Of a stretch of DNA of 64,000 nucleotides, positions 28,250 to 36,346 are shown piece after piece. The stretch's first letter is position 1, and every line of letters begins with the position of its first letter. Made by a program: the position numbers and the translations under genes. The notes below the pieces were generated by a model that saw nothing but the letters and a program-made list of their open reading frames with translations, ran no database searches and was not told the origin of the DNA. Source of the stretch: Fulvivirga sp. (GTDB taxonomy: Bacteria > Bacteroidota > Bacteroidia > Cytophagales > Cyclobacteriaceae). The stretch spans positions 158,772-222,771 of the forward strand of contig JBDVKW010000015.1 of assembly GCA_039970995.1 (NCBI GenBank), given 5' to 3'.

Positions 28250-29578
28250 TCAATAATGATCTGTCAGCCATGGGGATGATTTAAAACGATGCCATTCAGT
28301 TTTAGCTAAATCATAATCGGGCTTGTATAAGGGTTTTGATGGGTGGGCATTTAGACTTACATAGCCGTTGGCATAAATTGAAACATCTTCATATCCTTTT
28401 TCTGAGAACTCTTTCTTAAGTATTTGAACGAATTGCCAGCACATGTCGGGTCTTGTAGCAATGGCTCCAGCTTGTTTTCTAGTGAGATAGTCATGCGAGT
28501 TTATCTGCCAGGTAGAGTCGCTTTGGTTGTCTTTGACAGTAAAATTTACAGAGCCATATTTAGCGCGCAGCATCATGCGCCATGACAGTCGATGCCCTTC
28601 CTCCGTCCAGAATACATTGCCAGGAAACAAATGATGACGAAGAGGTAGTAGGAGCTGCAGCACCAGGTACGCACCAAGCGCATAGACCAATATTTTTTGA
28701 TTTAAACGGGGGCTTGGAGGGTTTACAGGAGAGAGGAATTTTGGCTTTTTCTTAAAAAAGATGTTTCTAATGGTTTCAGGGTTGAAAAAGAAAACACCCC
28801 AAGCAATACCCATGTATGGGAAGATCCCCACCTGAAAAACTGCAGAATTAAAAAGATGAAAAAAGATACTAGCTGCAAAGGCATACTTCCTGGTCTTCTT
28901 CCAAATCATACCGGGTGAAATCAACAAATCAAAGGCAATACCCCCATAGGCTACCGCATACCTAAACCATTCTTTTTGTAAAAGATCACCCACCAAAATA
29001 TAGTCGGCTTTGCCTCTAAACCAAATGGCCAGAGGTTTTGCGTCTAGCCAATCGGGATACATTTTTGCGATGGAAGCATAGGTATAAACCAGGGTGATAT
29101 GAATGACAAAGAGCCAAAGACACCATTGCGGGCAAGACAAACTTCTGATTTTTGGATTTCTTTTGGCGTCATACGAGGCCCAGGCATGCGCTGGCAACAT
29201 ACACATGAGTATACAAAGTAATAGGAGCAGATAATAGTGGTTGTTGTAATTCGTTTTTTGCATAAAATATACCCCTGCCCACATGACGGTGTATAGGCTA
29301 ATTCCAACTCTGTAATAAAAGCCAAACATCACCATCAGGCCTGCCAGTCCCATTACGATGTAGTAGAAATACATTCCATTTCCTGGTAAAGGTTGTAACC
29401 ATGAGAAGTCTATGAAAGGGAAAGTATACTGGGGCTCGATAAATGCCCGATAAACCCACCCGGTGGCTATAGCACCCCAGGCTTCCAGAAAGATCAATAA
29501 CCCGAAAGCCATTCTGAAGAAAATCAGCGGGCTATTATCTACCTGTCTGAATAGAATATTAGTTTTTGACATACTCAT
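28250..29578 (-). CDS. HTTM domain (vitamin K-dependent gamma-carboxylase-like) integral membrane protein
   Basis: N-terminus VDNSPLIFFRMAFGLLIFLEAWGAI followed by multiple TM helices, typical of bacterial HTTM proteins; 442 aa. Confidence 0.75.
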   Translation of the reverse strand: MSMSKTNILFRQVDNSPLIFFRMAFGLLIFLEAWGAIATGWVYRAFIEPQYTFPFIDFSWLQPLPGNGMYFYYIVMGLAGLMVMFGFYYRVGISLYTVMWAGVYFMQKTNYNNHYYLLLLLCILMCMLPAHAWASYDAKRNPKIRSLSCPQWCLWLFVIHITLVYTYASIAKMYPDWLDAKPLAIWFRGKADYILVGDLLQKEWFRYAVAYGGIAFDLLISPGMIWKKTRKYAFAASIFFHLFNSAVFQVGIFPYMGIAWGVFFFNPETIRNIFFKKKPKFLSPVNPPSPRLNQKILVYALGAYLVLQLLLPLRHHLFPGNVFWTEEGHRLSWRMMLRAKYGSVNFTVKDNQSDSTWQINSHDYLTRKQAGAIATRPDMCWQFVQILKKEFSEKGYEDVSIYANGYVSLNAHPSKPLYKPDYDLAKTEWHRFKSSPWLTDHY

Positions 29579-29707
29579 TTGAAGAAATCAAAAATAGCAT
29601 ATTATCTCTCTAGTGTTTAATCTAATTTTAATTTCCTCGGGGTTAGTGTCAACAATATGATAGCTCAGTCGTTAGGAAAGCTCAAAGTATTAAAGGAAAG
29701 AAAATTT

Positions 29708-30757
29708 ATGACAGAAGTAAAAGCATATGCCGCACAGGCGGCCTCAGAAGATTTAGGACCATTTGAAATACAAAGAAGAGATACTTTAGCAGACGATGTA
29801 AAAATCGATATTCTTTATTGTGGCGTATGTCACAGTGATTTACACCAGGTAAGAAATGACTGGAAAAACACGAAGTATCCTGTGGTTCCAGGGCATGAAA
29901 TTGTTGGTAGAGTAACCGAGGTTGGAGACAATGTTTCAAATTTCAAAGTAGGTGACTTAGTTGGAGTAGGTTGCATGGTTGACTCTTGTCAGGAGTGCGG
30001 GGCATGTAAAGAAGACTTAGAGCAGTTTTGTGAAAAGGGGGCAACACTTACATACAACAGTAAAGATCCACACTTAGGAGGGCATACATTTGGGGGTTAC
30101 TCTGAAGAAGTAGTTGTCGATAAGGAGTTTGTGTTGCATATACCAGAAAACATTGATCCGAAAGGAGCTGCACCATTGCTGTGTGCGGGTATTACCACAT
30201 ACTCACCGTTGAAGCACTGGAATATTAAAAAAGGAGACAAAGTAGGTGTCATTGGCCTTGGCGGACTAGGGCATATGGGTATCAAATTTGCCGATGCTAT
30301 GGGGGCACATGTTGTGATGATTACAACATCTCCAGGTAAAAGTGAAGATGCCAAAAAATTAGGCGCTGATGAAGTGCTTATTTCAAAAGACGAAGATCAA
30401 ATGAAACAACATGCCAATTCGTTTGATTTTTTACTCAATACGATTCCAGTTGGTCATGATACGAACCCATATATTGGCCTGTTAAAAAGAGACTGCACCA
30501 TGTGCCTTGTAGGGGCAATTGAGCCATTAGAGCCTATGCATGGTGGAGGTGTAATATTAGGAAGAAAGCGTGTAGCAGGCTCATTAATTGGAGGAATCAA
30601 AGAGACTCAAGAGATGCTAGACTTTTGTGGCGAGCATAATATAGTTTCAGACATTGAGATGATCGATATGCGAAATATCAATGAAGCATATGAACGTATG
30701 CAAAAATCCGATGTGAAGTATCGATTTGTAATTGATATGAAGTCGCTGAAAAACTAA
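29708..30757 (+). CDS. Zn-dependent NAD(P) alcohol dehydrogenase (cinnamyl-ADH / YahK-like)
   Basis: GVCHSDLH and GHEIVG (catalytic Zn), CQECGACKEDLEQFC (structural Zn), GLGGLGH (Rossmann fold). ATG at 29708 preferred over the track start 29657. Confidence 0.9.
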   Translation: MTEVKAYAAQAASEDLGPFEIQRRDTLADDVKIDILYCGVCHSDLHQVRNDWKNTKYPVVPGHEIVGRVTEVGDNVSNFKVGDLVGVGCMVDSCQECGACKEDLEQFCEKGATLTYNSKDPHLGGHTFGGYSEEVVVDKEFVLHIPENIDPKGAAPLLCAGITTYSPLKHWNIKKGDKVGVIGLGGLGHMGIKFADAMGAHVVMITTSPGKSEDAKKLGADEVLISKDEDQMKQHANSFDFLLNTIPVGHDTNPYIGLLKRDCTMCLVGAIEPLEPMHGGGVILGRKRVAGSLIGGIKETQEMLDFCGEHNIVSDIEMIDMRNINEAYERMQKSDVKYRFVIDMKSLKN

Positions 30758-30768
30758 ATGTTAAAGAC

Positions 30769-30806
30769 TAGTTATCCCATTCCATTTATTTTGAATGGGA
30801 TAACTA
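30769..30806. terminator. Hairpin between convergent ADH and nitrilase genes (candidate bidirectional terminator)
   Basis: 14-bp perfect stem TAGTTATCCCATTC (30769-30782) / GAATGGGATAACTA (30793-30806), 10-nt loop, TTTT follows on the + strand. The 3' arm contains the nitrilase stop codon. Confidence 0.65.
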
Positions 30807-31739
30807 TTTTCTGTCTTTATTCACCTTAAATTCAAATACATCTCCCCTTTGATAATGCCCAGATACATCTAAAGTCATCTGTTCTCTCACTCTTTCGTCT
30901 AAGCTTATCTCAGCCGTTATAAGCGCTTCTTTTTCGAAAACAGGTTCTACAACATACTCACCTTTTGGATTAATGATGCAGCTACCACCGTTACACACGA
31001 GTTGATCGGGGTTGCTGGCCATATCTTGCGGTAATTGGAGTGCAGAAGGGAAGTCTTTGGCCCGGATTAGTTGACCAGCAGCTAATACAAAGCAACGCCC
31101 TTCAAAAGCATATTGTCTGCTAGCTAACTGGTGTCGCTCAAAAACTGTAGGCCACACTGCTACATGTATGTCTTCGGCCTCATTGTGCAATGCTTGTCGT
31201 GTTAAAGGCATCCAATGTTCCCAACAAATGAGCCCTCCTACTTTGTATTTTCCATTGTCATATGCATTGAGTCCATGTCCATCTCCTTGGCCATAAAGCA
31301 TTTTCTCAGTAAAAGTAGGCATCAGTTTTCTGTGATGGTTCACTAACTGCCCGTCTGAAGAAAATGTGAGGAGGCTGTTGTAAATGGTTCCGTTACCAAC
31401 TCCTTGAGAAACCTTTTCATTTACACCAATAACAACCTGCAGCTTAGCTTCTTTTGCCCAACGGGCGATCAGCTGCGATTCTTTACCCCCAACTTCAACG
31501 CTGCTGTTTCTAAGCTGAAGAAAGGCGTCTTTCGTTGGCCCATGGTCCCATTGCGCGATCTCTGGGCAGTGGTCAAGCCAGGCAGGATAACCGGAAAGCC
31601 ATGTTTCACCAAATACAAGCAGCTCGATGTTTTGTTTAGCGGCCTCTTTAATGATTTGCTCTAGTTTTTCAAGGCTCGCTAACAAGTTGAGGTGGACAGC
31701 TTCAAATTGTGCGATTCCTACTTTAATGACGGTTGACAT
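30804..31739 (-). CDS. Nitrilase (carbon-nitrogen hydrolase family)
   Basis: Glu-Lys-Cys triad contexts LLVFGETW, HHRKLMPT and GGLICWEH; 311 aa. Confidence 0.85.
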   Translation of the reverse strand: MSTVIKVGIAQFEAVHLNLLASLEKLEQIIKEAAKQNIELLVFGETWLSGYPAWLDHCPEIAQWDHGPTKDAFLQLRNSSVEVGGKESQLIARWAKEAKLQVVIGVNEKVSQGVGNGTIYNSLLTFSSDGQLVNHHRKLMPTFTEKMLYGQGDGHGLNAYDNGKYKVGGLICWEHWMPLTRQALHNEAEDIHVAVWPTVFERHQLASRQYAFEGRCFVLAAGQLIRAKDFPSALQLPQDMASNPDQLVCNGGSCIINPKGEYVVEPVFEKEALITAEISLDERVREQMTLDVSGHYQRGDVFEFKVNKDRK

Positions 31740-31828
31740 ACCTTAAAAATCAACTTTTTAGAGATAAAACGTGTTATCAGTACAAGAAATTTTTTAAATT
31801 ATCACTTGAAACTCAAAGCATTATCGTC

Positions 31829-32077
31829 ATGCCTACAGTAGAGACAACCTTTAAAATTACTTACACCTCCGACCAGTATCAAAAGGCTGTTGAGTACATT
31901 GAGGATATGAAAAGGCATCCTCAGCGTGTATTCTGGCTTGGTAAAGAGGGAAAAAGTGATGAGGAGTTGATATACTCACACATTGCGCATAGAATATTAT
32001 CTGGCTTTTATAATAACTATGATCCGCGCTTTGCCCGAGAGCAAATTATAGCTATGGAAAACAGGCAGGCTTCTTAG
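31829..32077 (+). CDS. Hypothetical small protein
   Basis: ATG at 31829 (MPTVETTFKITYTSDQYQK...), 82 aa. The track start 31733 would overlap the divergent nitrilase start. Confidence 0.5.
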   Translation: MPTVETTFKITYTSDQYQKAVEYIEDMKRHPQRVFWLGKEGKSDEELIYSHIAHRILSGFYNNYDPRFAREQIIAMENRQAS

Positions 32078-32092
32078 GCTAATGAATTTACA

Positions 32093-32218
32093 CGTCACTC
32101 AGAGGCATAACTTTTTTCAAACGTACAAATCCAGATGACGTGATTGAAGCCGATTCTTTCTCCCTTTGGAGGGAGACAGAGGGAGGATATTAATAAACTT
32201 TCAAACACGTCATCGGTA
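32093..32218. repeat. Structured 126-bp intergenic repeat, copy 2 (inverted relative to copy 1)
   Basis: Reverse complement of 16344-16469 with about 8 mismatches. Starts 16 nt after the stop of 31829..32077 and ends 26 nt before the stop of the convergent 32244..32894. Confidence 0.85.
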
Positions 32219-32243
32219 GGGCAAAGCCCGAAGAGTCTCTAAC

Positions 32244-32894
32244 TTAAAACTTCACACCTAAATCAAGGCTGATATAGTCATTTTTAAGTGAAAAATCTCC
32301 GTCCAGTGGGGCATGTTCGTTGATGGCATTGACCAGCCCACGTTGGTAAGTAAGGCCTCCAAATAGCACCGTATTTACACCTACTTTGTACTCCATCCCC
32401 ATACCAATGAGTAGTGATGAGTCAAAAATTAGAAAATCCTCAATGAGGAAGTTGTCCTGACTTTTGGGCTCTTCATTGATATTAAAATCCAAAGTACCTC
32501 CCACCTGAAAATAGATTTTCTTATCTAAAGCCACTTCATTGGTGAAAAGCTTCAAGGTGATTGGCACTTGTAAGTATTGCAGGCTGTACTCCTCCTTAAA
32601 AGTAGTTTGCTCATTAGCATTGTTATTTGTGGTGGCTTCGACACCTACTCTTTTTGATACAAATAAGAGGCCTGTACTTAAGAAATAATTTTCTCTAATT
32701 TCAATATCAGCAATAGGGCCCAGAGCTACACGCACACCGGTGCCATCACTGCCAAATGAGGTCGAATCACTGGAGGCATCAATTCTATTGGTAGAAAGTG
32801 TAGGACTAAACTTGAGCCCCAATGTAAATTGTGCAAACGAAGGGGTAGCGACAACAGCCAAAATAGCAATTAGGAGAATTTTTCTGAGTAGCAT
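32244..32894 (-). CDS. Outer-membrane beta-barrel (porin-family, PorT-like OMP_b-brl) protein
   Basis: Signal peptide; alternating hydrophobic beta-strand pattern; terminal aromatic residue (...ISLDLGVKF); 216 aa. Confidence 0.75.
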   Translation of the reverse strand: MLLRKILLIAILAVVATPSFAQFTLGLKFSPTLSTNRIDASSDSTSFGSDGTGVRVALGPIADIEIRENYFLSTGLLFVSKRVGVEATTNNNANEQTTFKEEYSLQYLQVPITLKLFTNEVALDKKIYFQVGGTLDFNINEEPKSQDNFLIEDFLIFDSSLLIGMGMEYKVGVNTVLFGGLTYQRGLVNAINEHAPLDGDFSLKNDYISLDLGVKF

Positions 32895-32985
32895 ATAATT
32901 TTCTTTACTTTAGCGTGTTTAAAATCCAACAGGCACGGTGCCCTTTCTCAAACACTAATTACGTAAAATAACCAATACTTTGCCG

Positions 32986-33999
32986 ATGAAAAAGACCATT
33001 ATATTAGCATGGGTAGCAATAATCTTCTTCTTTACTGCTTGTACCGATAGTAATAACAACGGCTGTGTAGAGCAACCTGATATATCGGAGGTATCAATTA
33101 ATTTAGAAATTGAGTACCTACATGATAAACTCCTCAATGTTGAAAGCAAAGAAGAACTTCGGTCCATTCTTAAAAAGCACAGGGTCATTACTACGTATTT
33201 TCTGAAACCAGAACAGTACCCTAATGAAGACGTGATGATTGATGATTTGTTTAAAAAGTTTTCAAATCCTCATATCGATTCGCTGCAAATGGAAATAGAT
33301 AGAGTGTTTGGCAACCTATCAGATCTTGAGGGAGAATTAAAACAAGCATTTAGCCACTTAAAATATTATTATCCAGATACTCAGGTTCCTAAAATAAAAA
33401 CAGTGGCCACGGGTTTTGCACACGACATGTATATCTCCGACTCTCTTATTGTCATAGGACTTGACTTTTATTTAGGTAAAGGAGCCAAATATCGCCCATT
33501 AGGCATGTTTAACTATATGCTGGAACGCTATGCTCCCGAATACATCGTACCATCTATCATGCTCTTGTATGGAATATCACCTGAGTATAACAAAACGGAC
33601 TTGTCTGATAATACGATGTTGGCCGACATGGTAGCCTACGGCAAGTCATTTGTGTTTGCCAAGCACATGATGCCATGTACACCCGACAGCGTCATGATTT
33701 GGTATACCAGCGAAGAGATAGCTGGTGTACGTGCCAATGAAGATATCATTTGGGCACATTTTGTAGAAGAAGGGCTGTTGTTTGAAAACAACCATATGAT
33801 TAAAAAGAAATATATTGATCCGAGGCCCAAAACGTATGAGATTGGAGAAAAGGCTCCCGGACGAATTGGCACCTGGCTGGGTTGGCAGATTGTAAGCAAA
33901 TATATGGATGCAAAAGATTTAAGTCTTCAGGAAGTGATGAAGCAGCAAGATCCGCGAGCACTTTTTAACGAATCGAAATATCGGCCATCCAAAAATTAG
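32986..33999 (+). CDS. gldB: Gliding motility lipoprotein GldB-like
   Basis: Lipobox FFFTACTDS. C-terminal PGRIGTWLGWQIVSKYM...LQEVM...LFNESKYRPSK and internal GLDFYLG resemble my recollection of Flavobacterium GldB. ATG at 32986 (track start is TTG at 32980). Confidence 0.65.
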   Translation: MKKTIILAWVAIIFFFTACTDSNNNGCVEQPDISEVSINLEIEYLHDKLLNVESKEELRSILKKHRVITTYFLKPEQYPNEDVMIDDLFKKFSNPHIDSLQMEIDRVFGNLSDLEGELKQAFSHLKYYYPDTQVPKIKTVATGFAHDMYISDSLIVIGLDFYLGKGAKYRPLGMFNYMLERYAPEYIVPSIMLLYGISPEYNKTDLSDNTMLADMVAYGKSFVFAKHMMPCTPDSVMIWYTSEEIAGVRANEDIIWAHFVEEGLLFENNHMIKKKYIDPRPKTYEIGEKAPGRIGTWLGWQIVSKYMDAKDLSLQEVMKQQDPRALFNESKYRPSKN

Positions 34000-34014
34000 T
34001 GTTATCTTCTGCCC

Positions 34015-34785
34015 ATGATTTTGGCAGTTGACATCGGTAATACCAATATCGTATTGGGTATCAAAAATAAGGATTGGTATACCGGTCGGATCCAAACCGA
34101 ATTAGGTAAATCGACCTCATATTACGAGCAAAAAATTGATACCTGGTTGTCCACCATTGGTAAGGAAAAAGTTGATCAGGTAGCGGTGAGTAGTGTCGTG
34201 CCGGCACTCACGCCAGTGGTTTTAGAAACACTAAAACTTGCGACCGGTAAACAGGCAAAATTAATCAGTCAAAAGGTCTATGACCATCTTCCCATAACGG
34301 TAGAAAATAAAAATGAAATCGGAACAGATTTAGTTTGTAACTCACTGGCTGCATTTAACTTATTTAAAAGTGACTGTGTGGTCATTGACTTCGGAACGGC
34401 ATTGACATTTACGGTTATTTTAGACGCAAAAATTGTGGGTGTCAATATAGCACCGGGGCTAAAAACAGCACTAAATGCTTTGACCAGTAAAGCTGCCCAA
34501 CTCGATGAAATTCCTTTAGAGCTGCCTCATTCGATAATAGGGAAAAATACCACTACGGCACTGCAGTCAGGTATCCTGTGGGGCTATGTGGGTTTGGTCG
34601 AGCGGATGATTGAACGCATTGAAAAGGAAGTAGGTAAATCACTTAAGGTTGTAGCTACGGGAGGCCTGTCTCATGTACTTGACCCCTTAAAAAGTAAATT
34701 CGAAGTGGTAGATGAACACCTTACACTGGAAGGCATTCACCTGATGTCAATGTATTTTGATCAAACCAACTCTTCTCCAAAATAA
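34015..34785 (+). CDS. coaX: Type III pantothenate kinase
   Basis: MILAVDIGNTNIVLG (ASKHA phosphate-1), VIDFGTALTF, VVATGG; 256 aa. Confidence 0.9.
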   Translation: MILAVDIGNTNIVLGIKNKDWYTGRIQTELGKSTSYYEQKIDTWLSTIGKEKVDQVAVSSVVPALTPVVLETLKLATGKQAKLISQKVYDHLPITVENKNEIGTDLVCNSLAAFNLFKSDCVVIDFGTALTFTVILDAKIVGVNIAPGLKTALNALTSKAAQLDEIPLELPHSIIGKNTTTALQSGILWGYVGLVERMIERIEKEVGKSLKVVATGGLSHVLDPLKSKFEVVDEHLTLEGIHLMSMYFDQTNSSPK

Positions 34786-35411
34786 GCCGCTGCATTTACG
34801 GCATTCATCAGAAAATCTTCATAGGCCATATATCCACGAGAAACCGGGTATAGCTTTTCCTTATTTCCGACAAATACGGTCGGGAAACCACTCACCCCAA
34901 GTTCCCCGGAAGTCACAAATTCCTGTTCAGTTTTGGCGGCAATATTATCTGACCACAACGCCTCCTCAAAACTATCTACTGGAAGTTCGAATTTTTTGGC
35001 CAGATCAATATACATTGTGGCATCACCAGGGGCTTTTCCGTGAAAATAGATTGCCTTTTGCAATTCATGAGCCATGAGGATGGCATCATGGGGTCTAAAA
35101 ACTTTAAAAGCCGACAGTGCCCTTGAAGGCGGAATGCTATTGAAAATCATAGACCCTTCTTCTAAAACATTAAGAAAAGGTTGACCAAACTTTACACCTG
35201 TTCGCTCTTCTACCACTTTATAGGCTTCTTTGATATACCCAGCTACCTGACCAATAGGCCCGATTCTGTCGCCCACAACCATGCCGCCACTCAGTACTTC
35301 AAAGTCTAGTTTGGTTCTAAATTTCTTGTAAAACTGTTTGATCACCGGGCTAAAGCCATAACACCAGCCACACAGCGGATCGTAGACATAAATTAGTTTT
35401 AGGTTTTTCAT
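34761..35411 (-). CDS. DsbA-family thioredoxin-fold protein
   Basis: YVYDPLCGWCYGF (CxxC) at the N-terminus; 216 aa. Its 3' end overlaps the coaX 3' end by 25 nt (convergent). Confidence 0.75.
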   Translation of the reverse strand: MKNLKLIYVYDPLCGWCYGFSPVIKQFYKKFRTKLDFEVLSGGMVVGDRIGPIGQVAGYIKEAYKVVEERTGVKFGQPFLNVLEEGSMIFNSIPPSRALSAFKVFRPHDAILMAHELQKAIYFHGKAPGDATMYIDLAKKFELPVDSFEEALWSDNIAAKTEQEFVTSGELGVSGFPTVFVGNKEKLYPVSRGYMAYEDFLMNAVNAAAYFGEELV

Positions 35412-35565
35412 AAATGTATAAAAATAACCGAGTGAACGGGATATGGTACGATGGCCGTTTTTTCCAATCGTAAAGAGTCAAAAATGCTTATACTCGATGT
35501 TTTATACCAAGTAACTGATAAAGCACAAATAAGCACTATCCTTTAGATTTTAAGACAGGAAAATT

Positions 35566-36291
35566 ATGAAAATCACATTAATAATTCTTTCATCCATTTT
35601 TTTATTGGCTTGTAGTAGTAAGAGTAATGAAGATAAAACTTCGGTAGCTAATCATGATAACCAAGAGACGTCATGCCTTGCTGACATTGCGGTGGATAAT
35701 TCTTTAGAAAACATGATAAGTATGACCGATGTAGCGGCTTTAATAAACACATCATCAGATCTTATCACGTATGAAGAGAGTAAATCTTCTTCATCAAAAT
35801 ACTCAACAATACAGTTTAAATGGCAACCGGAAGAAGAGAGGCTAATGCGCATTGTAGTAAAAGCTGGTGATAGAGAAATTGTATCAGAAAATCCGGTAAA
35901 GAACCAGGTGAATGTTGGCAATTTGGAGGTATTGAAGGCCGATGATCCAGGAAAATATTTTAAAAGGACATACGGACCTCAGAGTGATGAAGAGAAGGCG
36001 AAAGCTAAAGAAAGGGTAGACAGAGCTAGTGAAACCTCAGATGAAGTAGATAAACAGTCTGCTGAGACCATTAAAAAAATGGTTGACGCACGCAATGTAA
36101 ATGTAGTCGAAAACATTGGAGATCAGGCCTATTGGGACACCAATGCCGTGAGTGGTGTAGAATATTTAAATCTAAGGGTACTGCACAAAAATGTAATGTT
36201 TAAAGTGACTACCGATGTATCAGCTAAAACTGAGGAAGACCTGGAGTTGGCTAAAGAAGTAGCCAAAGTGGTAATAGCTAACTGTAAATAA
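35566..36291 (+). CDS. Lipoprotein, unknown function
   Basis: MKITLIILSSIFLLACSSKS lipobox; 241 aa. No family recognised. Confidence 0.6.
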   Translation: MKITLIILSSIFLLACSSKSNEDKTSVANHDNQETSCLADIAVDNSLENMISMTDVAALINTSSDLITYEESKSSSSKYSTIQFKWQPEEERLMRIVVKAGDREIVSENPVKNQVNVGNLEVLKADDPGKYFKRTYGPQSDEEKAKAKERVDRASETSDEVDKQSAETIKKMVDARNVNVVENIGDQAYWDTNAVSGVEYLNLRVLHKNVMFKVTTDVSAKTEEDLELAKEVAKVVIANCK

Positions 36292-36346
36292 TATGCTGTA
36301 GCATCTTAACCCCATGGCCGGTTTATCCAATTATTAAAATTTTAAA

